Below, piece by piece: positions 30,192-39,982 of a stretch of DNA of 64,000 nucleotides. Within the stretch, counting starts at the first letter, position 1; each line of letters starts with the position of its first letter. The translations under genes were made by a program, and so were the position numbers. Under the pieces are notes generated by a model, which made no database searches, was not told where the DNA came from, and worked only from the letters and a program-made list of their open reading frames with translations. This stretch comes from a virus (taxonomy: Duplodnaviria > Caudoviricetes): the IMG/VR virus record IMGVR_UViG_3300042431_000223, positions 11,006 to 75,005 of that record, one strand, 5' to 3'.

Positions 30192-32117
30192 TTATAACAT
30201 CACAGAGTACTGAATCTGTGAAAGGTCAATCTCTGCTCTCATAGAAGCAGTAAATAAACTACTTGCTGGAGGGAATATAGGATATGGTATAAGTATAACA
30301 GTTCCACCAGTATCAATTGTAATTCTACCAATAATAGGAGCAGAATCAGGGTCTTGGTATGGTGCAGTTTTTTTACTAAATATTGTTACCAAAAAACTCA
30401 AAGTACCAGCAGGGGGTCTATAACCTGCAGGTAATGTAGCTAAAGGTATTTGAACTCCATTAGTTAAAGAAAAACTTCCAGTTGACACTAGCTCGACACT
30501 ACCTTGAATACTTACTAAAATTCCCTGTTTAGTAGCAACTGGATATCCAGAGCCAGGTAAAGCAGGATAGAGAGGATTAAAAGTATTGTTAGCACCAATA
30601 ATAGACAAAGGAGTTAAAGTGACTCTACTAGGTGTATTAGCTGCTACACTTAAATCAAAGTTTACATTACCTGAAGTTGTACTTGGTGTTATTGTTACAG
30701 AACTATCGGCACTACTTAAAGTAACTAAGGCATTAATGTTTTTATTTACCCAGTTAGTACCATTGTAGTACAAAACATGAGGATCTGAAGGAGTTGTGAT
30801 TATCACATCACCTAAAGAATCTATAGAGCAAGAAGCTAAAGAACTACAAGAAAACGCAGCACTTGGAGCCAACGCAACTACCTTAGATCCACAAGCTGCA
30901 GTACTTACCGTAAAGTCTGCAGAGTAAGAAGTTTTTTCTGCATTAAGTACAGTTACTATCCTTTGCAGCTGAGTTTGAATGCTTGTAGCTGTGTTAGAAA
31001 AACTATAAGGAGCTGAACCAAAACAACCTACCCAATTCAGAGAAACACTATCGGTCTTAATGTAAGAAGGAATAGCATTTACAGTGGTGTCAACAGAACA
31101 TAATTTGGTAGTAAGATATCCAATAGTTGCGTGAACAGAATCAGTAGCGGTACCTCCTAAAGCAGTTAAACAGTTTGCACTGTTATTAAAACGAGTTGTA
31201 CTTCCTAAGAAAGTACTAATAGTACTTATGTTAGTGTTCGTAGTAGTAAGAGATCCATTAAGTGCAGTTGTTATAGAACAGAAGTTATCTACTACCCAAT
31301 CAAACCAAGTACCAATAGAAGCACTAGAGGAAGGTTGAGCAGTCATAGTACAAGACCCAGGAACTGTAACTCCTGTAATTGTAATTCCTCCTGTACCACT
31401 TGCAATGGCACAAAGTTTACTTCCGTACTCAGTTAATATTGCACCTAAGGTAGATACACCAGAAGTCAATCCAGTTACACAAGAAGGTACGGTAAATGTA
31501 GGAGTCTCTACAGTCTTTAAACGAGTGTTTAAAGCACACATAGCTGCAGAAGCACTTTCTGCAAATCCTTGTGCAGTTGTAATAGACGCACCTACAGACT
31601 CTAAATTACCTCCTTGACGAAGACATGCGTAGTTAAATCCACTATACAAAAGTCCAGTTGGAGTTAAGTTACAAATACGATCATGTAAGTTTTTAATTGC
31701 AGCATCTACCGAGTAAGTACTGTCAATAATAGCAGACAGTGTAGTTACGCTAATTGCAATATTGTTTGCAGGAGAAGTTCCTCCTACTGCTGTACCAGCA
31801 ATAGTTAAAGTATCTCCTACTGCATATCCACTACCTCTATTTACAACAATAATAGTGTATGATGTAGACGAAGGACCACGCGTTACACTAAACGTAGCTC
31901 CTGTACCTGAGCCTCCTGTAGCACTAACTACTACGGTGACTTCAGAAACTATAGCAACAGCTGTACCTGAATAGGTAAAGGTGTTAATGGGACCTAAAGA
32001 ACAAAATAGACTTGCTCCTGAGTAAGTAACGCATTTTCCAAAATTCGTGGAAATGCATCCTACTTCAGCACAAGGCTCTATGTTATTAACTCCGTAGCAA
32101 TCAAGACAAGTACTCAT
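30192..32117 (-). CDS. Structural protein, fibre/hub-associated (641 aa, Cys/Ser/Thr-rich)
   Basis: ORF track. Fibre-like Ser/Thr/Gly composition, coiled-coil segments, C-terminal ATLPAGYRP motif common in phage fibre tips. Confidence 0.55.
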   Translation of the reverse strand: MSTCLDCYGVNNIEPCAEVGCISTNFGKCVTYSGASLFCSLGPINTFTYSGTAVAIVSEVTVVVSATGGSGTGATFSVTRGPSSTSYTIIVVNRGSGYAVGDTLTIAGTAVGGTSPANNIAISVTTLSAIIDSTYSVDAAIKNLHDRICNLTPTGLLYSGFNYACLRQGGNLESVGASITTAQGFAESASAAMCALNTRLKTVETPTFTVPSCVTGLTSGVSTLGAILTEYGSKLCAIASGTGGITITGVTVPGSCTMTAQPSSSASIGTWFDWVVDNFCSITTALNGSLTTTNTNISTISTFLGSTTRFNNSANCLTALGGTATDSVHATIGYLTTKLCSVDTTVNAIPSYIKTDSVSLNWVGCFGSAPYSFSNTATSIQTQLQRIVTVLNAEKTSYSADFTVSTAACGSKVVALAPSAAFSCSSLASCSIDSLGDVIITTPSDPHVLYYNGTNWVNKNINALVTLSSADSSVTITPSTTSGNVNFDLSVAANTPSRVTLTPLSIIGANNTFNPLYPALPGSGYPVATKQGILVSIQGSVELVSTGSFSLTNGVQIPLATLPAGYRPPAGTLSFLVTIFSKKTAPYQDPDSAPIIGRITIDTGGTVILIPYPIFPPASSLFTASMRAEIDLSQIQYSVML

Positions 32118-32132
32118 TATAGTTTAAATTAA

Positions 32133-32690
32133 TTATGGGCAACAAGAACAAATTTTAGTTATCATAGCTTGCAATAAACCACGTAAAGTAGTAATGCCTC
32201 CAGCAGGTACACAAGGTTCAGTCAAAATACATTGGCCATTTACAGTTAACCAAGTTTTAAAATCTTGATCTAGTGGCAAATCCATCCAGAATACATTACC
32301 AGAGTCTGTATTTGTGTTTTCATTCTTCAAGTAATTTACTTGTTTCTGTAATGCACAAACTACATTTAACAATTGTATTACTACTTCACTCTGAACATAG
32401 CGATTATCATTGACTTCGTATGTACTAAGAGAAGCAGTATTAACCAAATTAAGACCGCAAGATGCGTTAGCGTTATCAAGCGCAGTTTTGTTAATACCGA
32501 TTTTTGCAACAATATCTTTAAGATTATCATCGAATAAGTGGATAACATCGTTTAAGTACGGAGTACAGGTAAACTCTGTATCTATTGGGCCTCCGTCAGT
32601 TGGAGTGCCTGTATACTTAACACACTTAGAAGGAATAATCTCCCCACAGTTGTTAGGCTCACAGCAAGGTTTATGTGCTTTATTTGTCAT
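32133..32690 (-). CDS. Cys-rich putative structural protein (185 aa)
   Basis: ORF track. The N-terminal CCEPNNCG...KCVKYTG resembles the N-terminus of 30192..32117. Confidence 0.5.
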   Translation of the reverse strand: MTNKAHKPCCEPNNCGEIIPSKCVKYTGTPTDGGPIDTEFTCTPYLNDVIHLFDDNLKDIVAKIGINKTALDNANASCGLNLVNTASLSTYEVNDNRYVQSEVVIQLLNVVCALQKQVNYLKNENTNTDSGNVFWMDLPLDQDFKTWLTVNGQCILTEPCVPAGGITTLRGLLQAMITKICSCCP

Positions 32691-32693
32691 TGG

Positions 32694-32882
32694 TTATAGT
32701 TTAATTTTAAGGTTGAGGGTATCCGTACAATCTAAGCAATGAGCTAATTTTAAAAAACGCATATACTTTCTTGACTTTTTATAATAGGGCTTTGTGAGAT
32801 ACTTAATATGTTGCATCTCTTTTATAGCGGCTTTTGCTAACTTTTCTTTAACAGTCAAGTTCAAATCTTCTGAGTAAGTCAT
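32694..32882 (-). CDS. Hypothetical protein (~62 aa)
   Basis: ORF track gives 32694..32933; the ATG at 32882 (MTYSEDL) is preferred because it reduces the overlap. Confidence 0.5.
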   Translation of the reverse strand: MTYSEDLNLTVKEKLAKAAIKEMQHIKYLTKPYYKKSRKYMRFLKLAHCLDCTDTLNLKIKL

Positions 32883-33357
32883 CGGCTTTTCTATAAAGTT
32901 CAATTGCTTTTTCGGGGTTACATAAGTCAGCATTAGCTTCTGCTCCCCTTAGCAAAAACTCGATTTTATCTAGGTAGTAAAGAATCTTTTCATCTTCACA
33001 GTCCTGCGCATATTTAGCCCATTGTAAAGCTAGTCTGCAATCTATTCTACAAGTTCTTAAGTGATGTCTTGTGCACACACCTGTATCAGGACAAGTAGTT
33101 AGATTTAAAGTGTACAAACCATCGGGCAATTCTACAAAATCGGCAGTCTCACTGGTAGTTAGCCCAAATGAATATGAGTTAAATACATTCACTTCATTTA
33201 ATATGAAGGGAAACTCAAAGGGTATGTCGTAGCCAGGGGCACTAATTTGAATGTTTGCCTCATCTAAAGTTTCAGGATAGTATGAGGTATCTAGGATTGA
33301 CATATAAGCACAATCCTTAGCTTTTAAAACTTCTATATTTCTTTGTAAGTTAGCCAT
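32848..33357 (-). CDS. Putative tail hub-type structural protein (169 aa)
   Basis: ORF track. LPDGLYTL Ig-like strand followed by a helical C-terminus; synteny. The hub label is an inference. Confidence 0.45.
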   Translation of the reverse strand: MANLQRNIEVLKAKDCAYMSILDTSYYPETLDEANIQISAPGYDIPFEFPFILNEVNVFNSYSFGLTTSETADFVELPDGLYTLNLTTCPDTGVCTRHHLRTCRIDCRLALQWAKYAQDCEDEKILYYLDKIEFLLRGAEANADLCNPEKAIELYRKADDLLRRFELDC

Positions 33358-33370
33358 GTGGTTTTAGTAT

Positions 33371-33393
33371 AAAAGGGGAGATTTCTCTCCCCT
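33371..33393 (-). terminator. Intrinsic terminator
   Basis: AGGGGAG/CTCCCCT stem followed by a T-run on the minus strand, just after the 33399 stop. Confidence 0.75.
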
Positions 33394-33398
33394 GTTAA

Positions 33399-33863
33399 TT
33401 ACATTATTGCGAATCCAATAGTTACGATTCCGTTAAGAGCAGCTGCTGTATCAATGTTACGAACAGTAATCTTAAATGAACCTGCAACAACATCATCTAC
33501 AAGAATTGCTGGAAAACCAGTACTTCCTGTATAGTCTAAAATGTTAGCAAGAACAACAGAATCTGCTTTAACAAAGATATTGTTTACTGTAAACTGACCT
33601 GCGGTAGTTGATAGTGCTGTAGTTAAACTTACAGTAACAACATCACCTGCTGGTTGGTTTAAAGTAACAGCTGTAGTTATGCTAGATGCTTGAGTTACAA
33701 TTCCTTTAGTAAGGGTTACAAACTTAGCACAGCATGTAGGAGTCTTAAGCAAGTTAACAACGAACTTCTCAAGAGACGCACCAGGAACTTTACCACCAAT
33801 AGTATCTTTATTAGTGACAGTTTCATAGTACGTACCTGTTTTTAAAATTAAATCTTTTCCCAT
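33399..33863 (-). CDS. Putative capsid decoration/structural protein (154 aa)
   Basis: ORF track; beta-rich Thr/Val/Ala composition; flanked by terminators. Confidence 0.5.
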   Translation of the reverse strand: MGKDLILKTGTYYETVTNKDTIGGKVPGASLEKFVVNLLKTPTCCAKFVTLTKGIVTQASSITTAVTLNQPAGDVVTVSLTTALSTTAGQFTVNNIFVKADSVVLANILDYTGSTGFPAILVDDVVAGSFKITVRNIDTAAALNGIVTIGFAIM

Positions 33864-33891
33864 GAGTGTTTTTATTTATTTTTTGTTGATT

Positions 33892-33916
33892 AAAAAGGGG
33901 GAGGGTTACTCCCCCT
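33892..33916 (-). terminator. Intrinsic terminator
   Basis: AGGGGGAG/CTCCCCCT stem followed by T5 on the minus strand after the 33938 stop. Confidence 0.75.
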
Positions 33917-33937
33917 ATTCGTTATTCTTTACTCAGA

Positions 33938-35344
33938 TTAGATCTGGAAGTAGTTGAAGAACGCTGCAATGTTAGCACTACTAATAACGGTGTTTGCAGT
34001 TTCGTTAGCAGTATCTACCATAATCAACAACTCATGACTATTGATTGATTTCTTCTCAAATCCTACTGGAGAGTCATCCAAGAATTTGATAGAAAGTACG
34101 TTGTATAACAAAGTACTGTTCACATACAAATATTGGTTTACATCCTCGTTGTAGATAGGATTCCAGTAGTAAACAGACTCAGCCACGTTAGGCAAGTTGT
34201 TACGGAAGAAATGACGCTCCAACTCAGCCATTGCACTACCCACACCAATTGGGTACTTAATGTCTTGAGTTTTAGTTACAGCCCAAGGACCAATAATATC
34301 TTCGATATCAAAGTCTTGAGTAGTAAACGGTGCTTTAGCTACTAGTACGTTGAAACGAACCAAGTTGAATACATAAGGAACTGCATCAGGAACACAAGCG
34401 TTTCCAAAAGCGTCCAAAGCTTTACCTTCCAATTTGATACCACAAGCAGTTACTGAACTAGCAGTTACTAACTGTCTTTCCCACGCAATACCGTTGAAAG
34501 TAGGCATGTCGTTTACGTTTGCAATCAAAGGAGTTGCAATCTCGAACATGGTGTTACCAGTAGTGTTTGCATCATCAGCACCGTCAGCATCAGCAGTCAC
34601 GGTGATAGTACCGTAAGTACCTGATGGGTAGTAAGGTTGCAAAGTAGAACTAATGTAAGTTGCAGCAGCACCCGAAGCAAAAGTATCAGGAACAGTCAAA
34701 GTGTATTTGAAAGTAGGAGCACTACCTTTAAATACATGAGTTGCAGTTACATACTTACTCAACAAAGGGTTAGCATTTACTTTTCTAACTAACTCTTGGA
34801 TATAGTCGTAGCAGTTTAAAGCATCACAACCACCACCGCACTCGGTACATTTAACAGTTTTAACTGAAACTGATTCTTGAATCATTGGTTGGTATACACC
34901 TTTAGACCAATATTCGTCAATCTTCAAAGTTAAAACATACTCTTCGTCACAAGCAAAAGTAGGTGATTTAAAGTCGTTAACTTCATCAAAACCTACGTAA
35001 GTAATTTGCTGTCTAGTTACAGAAGGATTTTCTGCAGCTACATAAGACACTTGAGTTACTTTACCTTTACGGATAGTAGGAGACTTAAAGCTACCAAATT
35101 TAGAAGCAACACCAACTGCTGAGGTACCCATAGCAACGATAACCTCTTTAAAAGGTTGAGTTGCAGATGGAGTAGGAGCACCAGCAGTATAGTTTACTGA
35201 TTGCCATCCTGCTAATTGGTCAGTACCTGACACATAAGTAGGAGTAAAAACGCCAAGGATACGAGCACCTAATTGGTCGAATCCGTTTCCAGTTGTAGTG
35301 TATTTGTTAGTAGGAACAAATACTTGGGTGAAATCGTAGTTCAT
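33938..35344 (-). CDS. Conserved structural protein, probable auxiliary capsid protein (468 aa)
   Basis: Position three genes downstream of the MCP, own terminator, codon usage resembling the MCP gene. The label rests on crAss-like synteny. Confidence 0.55.
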   Translation of the reverse strand: MNYDFTQVFVPTNKYTTTGNGFDQLGARILGVFTPTYVSGTDQLAGWQSVNYTAGAPTPSATQPFKEVIVAMGTSAVGVASKFGSFKSPTIRKGKVTQVSYVAAENPSVTRQQITYVGFDEVNDFKSPTFACDEEYVLTLKIDEYWSKGVYQPMIQESVSVKTVKCTECGGGCDALNCYDYIQELVRKVNANPLLSKYVTATHVFKGSAPTFKYTLTVPDTFASGAAATYISSTLQPYYPSGTYGTITVTADADGADDANTTGNTMFEIATPLIANVNDMPTFNGIAWERQLVTASSVTACGIKLEGKALDAFGNACVPDAVPYVFNLVRFNVLVAKAPFTTQDFDIEDIIGPWAVTKTQDIKYPIGVGSAMAELERHFFRNNLPNVAESVYYWNPIYNEDVNQYLYVNSTLLYNVLSIKFLDDSPVGFEKKSINSHELLIMVDTANETANTVISSANIAAFFNYFQI

Positions 35345-35361
35345 TTTTTTATATTTTTAGT

Positions 35362-36078
35362 TTATTCTGAGTTTTTAACACTTCTGTCCTCTGCAAAAAC
35401 TGCTTGAGCTTGATTGTCTAATGATTGCGCAGCAAATTTACTAGCTAAATTCAGGATGTCTGGTTTAGCGTAGTACGGCAGTTCACAGTCTTGCTTACTA
35501 GAATCCATTCCATCTAGTTTGATGTAGCCTTCTGAATCGATTAGCTTTGGATACCTTAGATAAGTCAAGTAAAGATTTTCAAGTTCAAACGTGTCGTCAG
35601 TATATACCGTGATGTTATCTTGGCCTATTGTTGCAAATGTGTTTCTCCATTCAAAGGAGGGGCTAAAGTTTGCATCAAAGTATAGTGTCGACAGATCGTT
35701 TTGTCTTATCAAATCTACTGATAAACCTGTTTTGCATTCTCCCTTCCTAGCTCCTGCATGAGACATTACGTACATCATGTAGTCAGGAAGAGTTTTTAAA
35801 TCAGCTTTATAGCCTTTGTGAAGAACGTCTGTTGTTTTAATTAATGGTAAAGAAGCATCATCGACTTTCAAAGTTTGAAGATCGTCAATCCTCTTTCTAG
35901 TTCCCTCGTACCCGTCTCTAAAAATGTTGTTTTCTCCTATCTTAGATTTAATCCATGAGAGTTGCCCCTGGTTCAAGAAAACCAAAATATCTTCCAATGG
36001 AATCTGCACGTTATCTTGGCGATCCATTTTATTTAAGTTTAACTTAAACTCGTATATCAACTCTTCTACTGGTATCAT
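35362..36078 (-). CDS. Tail ring protein (238 aa)
   Basis: EFKLNLNK...EDILVFLNQGQ and YLTYLRYP...CELP motifs, typical of crAss ring proteins. Confidence 0.65.
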   Translation of the reverse strand: MIPVEELIYEFKLNLNKMDRQDNVQIPLEDILVFLNQGQLSWIKSKIGENNIFRDGYEGTRKRIDDLQTLKVDDASLPLIKTTDVLHKGYKADLKTLPDYMMYVMSHAGARKGECKTGLSVDLIRQNDLSTLYFDANFSPSFEWRNTFATIGQDNITVYTDDTFELENLYLTYLRYPKLIDSEGYIKLDGMDSSKQDCELPYYAKPDILNLASKFAAQSLDNQAQAVFAEDRSVKNSE

Positions 36079-36079
36079 C

Positions 36080-37021
36080 TTACAATACGGTTAACTTCAT
36101 TTTATTTTTTACTTTATCTTTAAAGGCATCGTACACATCAGAGTTCTTAGGGTCAGCTAAAATCAACTCAAGTTCTTCAATTGATTTAGCCCACACATGC
36201 TCTCCTTCATATACAATAGAACCTTTAACTCTAACTACGTTGTAGTCAATCAAATCACGGATAAGAGTTTTGATTGCCAAAATCTCTTCACTGTAATTGG
36301 TGATTTTCGTAAACGCAGCAATTGGGTCCTGTTCAAGTGCTGTTGCAGGAATTCTCAAATATTCATCAAGAGCATTGTAGATTTCCTCCTCGCTTGCATC
36401 TCCTGGTAATCCTAAGCCAAGCAACTTTTGAACTTTCTTACGTTTAACTGCTGTCATTTTATCTAATGCAGCAATCGCACTGTTAATTTTCTTTTTGCGT
36501 TCAAAAGCACTCTTAGATTCAACTTCTCCATCATGTACATAGAAACGTACAATAGAGCCGTCAGACTTTCCAGTTTCAATGTCTTCAATATTACGAGCAA
36601 CCATATCAGTTTCCATTAACCAAAAGAAGTTAACAGCATCTCTAGGATTCTCTAGGTTAAAAACATTGTCACCATCTTCTAAGGTAAAACCATTGTCTTT
36701 TATTTCGTCATAGAACGTACTTGTGGGATCAAGAGATTCATCTAGGATAGATTCGTAGTAAGTCTTCAAAAACTTAATCCGTTGAATTTCTTGTTCTCTC
36801 ACTTCAGGGTCTTCAATCGCACGCAACTTCATTGCGTTCTCATCAAGTCCTGTTCTTATTACTCCACGTGAGTCAACACGAGGGTAAAATTTTTTTGATG
36901 TACCTGGGATGAAATTAAATCCCTCCCTGTACAGTGATCCTTCTAAACTTCTTTCGTTAGCAGGTTCTTTGCGGTAAGGTTTAATAATTTTCGTACCGCG
37001 TGCAATTTGTTGGCCTTTCAT
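36080..37021 (-). CDS. Conserved crAss-like protein downstream of MCP (313 aa), function unknown
   Basis: ORF track; synteny. Confidence 0.55.
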   Translation of the reverse strand: MKGQQIARGTKIIKPYRKEPANERSLEGSLYREGFNFIPGTSKKFYPRVDSRGVIRTGLDENAMKLRAIEDPEVREQEIQRIKFLKTYYESILDESLDPTSTFYDEIKDNGFTLEDGDNVFNLENPRDAVNFFWLMETDMVARNIEDIETGKSDGSIVRFYVHDGEVESKSAFERKKKINSAIAALDKMTAVKRKKVQKLLGLGLPGDASEEEIYNALDEYLRIPATALEQDPIAAFTKITNYSEEILAIKTLIRDLIDYNVVRVKGSIVYEGEHVWAKSIEELELILADPKNSDVYDAFKDKVKNKMKLTVL

Positions 37022-37059
37022 TTTTTTGGTTGGTTTGTTTTAGTTAATCTTATATCTTT

Positions 37060-37084
37060 AAAGGGGGAGTTTTAAGGCTCCCCC
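37060..37084 (-). terminator. Intrinsic terminator after major capsid gene
   Basis: GGGGGAG/CTCCCCC stem followed by TTTA on the minus strand. Confidence 0.7.
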
Positions 37085-37101
37085 GTCAAAGACCGCTTAG
37101 A

Positions 37102-38631
37102 TTACAAGCGTGGGTATTCTTTAATGATTACAGTTCTAGTTGGATCTTCCAAGAAGATACCTGCAAAATCCTTCATAATGTAAGTGCTATAAGGATCCTT
37201 ATTTGCAATTACAGTTTGTTGGCTTCCGAATCCTACTGAACCTGGGATGTACTGATAGTACATGTTAGGACGAGTAGACAATTTCACCTCACGGATACCT
37301 GAATCTTCTTGACCTGATACGTCAAGTACGATAAAGATTGGAGGAGTTTTCTTATTAGGACCAAGCTCCAAGAAAGTAGCATGCATGTTCAACTGTTCCA
37401 ATTCTACGAACTCAACAGGACCAGTTTCGGTAGTCATGTAGTGGTCAAATTGGAAAGCATAACCTTGCTTCAAACGATCTTTACCGTCCAAGAATTTGTC
37501 AGCAGATACCATAAAGTTTGCACTGTTGAAATCCTTTTTGATAGCAGTAGAAGCCAATTCCATACCTGCACGGTTGGTATAAACTTTTACGCTACGGTCT
37601 TTTACAAGTACACGGTTGTAGAACAAATCTCCAATTGCAGTACGAATTAAGTTTAAGCTGAACTGACCACGGTCGTATTGGATTACGTTACCAAGGTGCA
37701 ATTGCTGCCACAAACCTTGCTTCATACGAGTTGAGCGGCCTTTTTCGTCTTTGGTTTGACCTTGACGACCCCACATCAACATGTTTGCTTTCATGCGCAT
37801 CATTTCCATACGCAACAAACGAGATACAGTTGGTTCCCAACCTACAATCTTTGTCTTCTCTGCTTCAGCAGTAGGATCAGTCAAAGTGTAGTAAGTCAAG
37901 TCCATAGGATTACCAGTTGCGTCAGTCTGCATACCAAGTTTAGTAGCATCAGCCCAGTCAGTAATAGTGTGTTCTACACCATATTGACTCAATACGTCAG
38001 CCATAACTTCCAAGTGACCGTCAAACAATCCTAAGCTAGAGAACGAAGTGGTATACTCGCCCAATACGTTACCTACTTTGAAGTACTCAGTACCTACTAC
38101 TAAGAAACGTTGGTTAACAAAATCAGTGCTGTTAGCAGCAACTGCACGGCAACGATACTTGAAACCGTTCTGGTAACGCTCAGCTTCACCTACGATTTGT
38201 ACCAAAGTTTCTTGCTCGTAACGGTGTGCAGAAATGATATCGTTTACAACAAAACCTTGTTTGTCAAATACGATCTCAAACTCCTGGCCATCAATACCTG
38301 GTCTTGCTTGAGCAGTAGCCAAGTTGATAATAACTTTAGGAAGTTCTGCACGCTTCTTGATTTTGTAGGTAAAGATACCGTTAGGATCGTTCACCATGAA
38401 TGGCTTACCATTCTTCATCACCAAGTCTAACAAATCGTTAGAATACAAGCGAGTGTCAGTGAAAAGACGCAACATGATTTTGTCATACTGGTCAGGCTTA
38501 GTTTTTAACATAGACTCGACAAAGTTCTTGTCAGTCAGTTTACCCAAACTATTCTTAGAATAGTATGAGCTTGTAACGTGCGCATTCGCTATGACGCGAC
38601 CGTTAACTCTTGGAATGTTTTGATTAGGCAT
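37102..38631 (-). CDS. Major capsid protein (509 aa)
   Basis: Size, position after portal and scaffold, strongly biased codons, MKQGLWQQL...VKVYTNRAG and LEDPTR motifs resembling crAss-like MCPs. Confidence 0.85.
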   Translation of the reverse strand: MPNQNIPRVNGRVIANAHVTSSYYSKNSLGKLTDKNFVESMLKTKPDQYDKIMLRLFTDTRLYSNDLLDLVMKNGKPFMVNDPNGIFTYKIKKRAELPKVIINLATAQARPGIDGQEFEIVFDKQGFVVNDIISAHRYEQETLVQIVGEAERYQNGFKYRCRAVAANSTDFVNQRFLVVGTEYFKVGNVLGEYTTSFSSLGLFDGHLEVMADVLSQYGVEHTITDWADATKLGMQTDATGNPMDLTYYTLTDPTAEAEKTKIVGWEPTVSRLLRMEMMRMKANMLMWGRQGQTKDEKGRSTRMKQGLWQQLHLGNVIQYDRGQFSLNLIRTAIGDLFYNRVLVKDRSVKVYTNRAGMELASTAIKKDFNSANFMVSADKFLDGKDRLKQGYAFQFDHYMTTETGPVEFVELEQLNMHATFLELGPNKKTPPIFIVLDVSGQEDSGIREVKLSTRPNMYYQYIPGSVGFGSQQTVIANKDPYSTYIMKDFAGIFLEDPTRTVIIKEYPRL

Positions 38632-38655
38632 TGTATTTTAGTTTATGTGTCTTAT

Positions 38656-39879
38656 TTATCTACCGAAGAAATTATTAAAGAGTTGGGTCTCTTTTCTAGG
38701 TTCTCCTTTGGTTCCTTTTTTAGACTTGTTTTGTAGTTCCTTGAAGATTGAGTTAGTCTCTTCGCTGATTCCTTTTTTCTTAACTGGAGTTAAGTCTAAG
38801 TCAGCTTGAACTAATCTCGCTACTGCTAAAAACTTTTGAGGATCTTCTTGACGCATCTTAGCTAGAGTATATTCAAACTCACTGATTTTTTGTCCGTTAG
38901 GCAACTGATAACTTCTATTAGTTACATAATCAAACAATTCAGAAGCTTGGTTTTGATTAATAGGATATCCATTAATCTCTCCTGCTTTAATTGCTCCTTC
39001 AAGAGTTTTAATGTAAGACTCTTGTCGTACATTTTCTCTCTCCATGTTTTCTCTTTGACGTTGAGCACTTTGTTCTGCCATAACTTCTCTTTCTTGGCGA
39101 CTACGTTCTAATAGTTTAGTGTAGTATCTTTCTGAGAAATTCTCAAGTTTATTAGTCTTGACAGCATACTCTAGTTGCTCTTCGATTTCATCGGCATCTA
39201 AACCTGTACGGCTTAGGTACTCTCTGAAGATAGCTTCTTGGTTTTGCGGATTTGTTAAGTCTACATTTTCAAGGGCTATCTGCTCGCTGTACTTCGCTAA
39301 GTACTGCTGTACGGGAACTTTGTTAATGAAAAGGTCTTTAACCAATTCAATACCTTCTTGCCCGTAAGCTTCTAAAGCAATGTCCTCAAGTTGTTTCCAC
39401 GCTTTGTTCTCTACAGTAGTAGACATCATCTCCAAAAAGGTTTCTTCTGTCCACTCTAATTGGTCGGGATCTACATCTGCACCTAAGTCAAAATGACCTG
39501 AGCGAAGTAATCCTTTACCAAATGCCTCATAGTAGTTAATGTCATCTGAATCATCATCATCGGCTAAATCATCTGCTGGTGCAGGAGAGTCGTCTGAGTC
39601 ATCATTGTCATCACTATCATCTGCATTACCATCATCGTCATCGTCTGTCGAAACTGGTGCAGGTGCAGGTGCAGGTGCAGGTGGATTAGGTTCAGACTTC
39701 TTGTTTTTCATTGGCAAGTCGTCATCCTCTAAATCCATCTTGTCGCCTCCTAAAATATCAGGCGCAAGATTAGCGTTAGGATCAAACTGAGGATCTGAAA
39801 TCGGATCGTCAGCAGCAAAATTTTCAAAGAACTCTAGGTTGTCTAAACCTAGTTGGTCATCGTTTGGGTTGTTATTCAT
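38656..39879 (-). CDS. Putative scaffolding protein (407 aa)
   Basis: Very acidic Asp-rich/PAPA N-terminus, coiled-coil C-terminus, lies between portal and MCP. Confidence 0.7.
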   Translation of the reverse strand: MNNNPNDDQLGLDNLEFFENFAADDPISDPQFDPNANLAPDILGGDKMDLEDDDLPMKNKKSEPNPPAPAPAPAPVSTDDDDDGNADDSDDNDDSDDSPAPADDLADDDDSDDINYYEAFGKGLLRSGHFDLGADVDPDQLEWTEETFLEMMSTTVENKAWKQLEDIALEAYGQEGIELVKDLFINKVPVQQYLAKYSEQIALENVDLTNPQNQEAIFREYLSRTGLDADEIEEQLEYAVKTNKLENFSERYYTKLLERSRQEREVMAEQSAQRQRENMERENVRQESYIKTLEGAIKAGEINGYPINQNQASELFDYVTNRSYQLPNGQKISEFEYTLAKMRQEDPQKFLAVARLVQADLDLTPVKKKGISEETNSIFKELQNKSKKGTKGEPRKETQLFNNFFGR

Positions 39880-39908
39880 GACAATTAGTTGGTTGGTTTG
39901 TCTGGTTT

Positions 39909-39938
39909 CAAAGTTATAGTATTAAAAAATTAACACAA
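39909..39938 (-). promoter_or_regulatory. Bacteroidota primary-sigma-type promoter (TTG-N19-TAACTTTG)
   Basis: Minus strand TTGTGTTAATTTTTTAATACTATAACTTTG upstream of the scaffold-MCP genes. Confidence 0.55.
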
Positions 39939-39982
39939 TAGGTTAAAAAAAGTGAGTGTGTGAATATAGATAAAAGAGAATC

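Noticed and set aside
39540-39720. GCACCT/GATGAC-type tandem repeats
   Set aside because: They encode the PAPAPA and poly-Asp low-complexity linker of the scaffold protein and are not an independent element.
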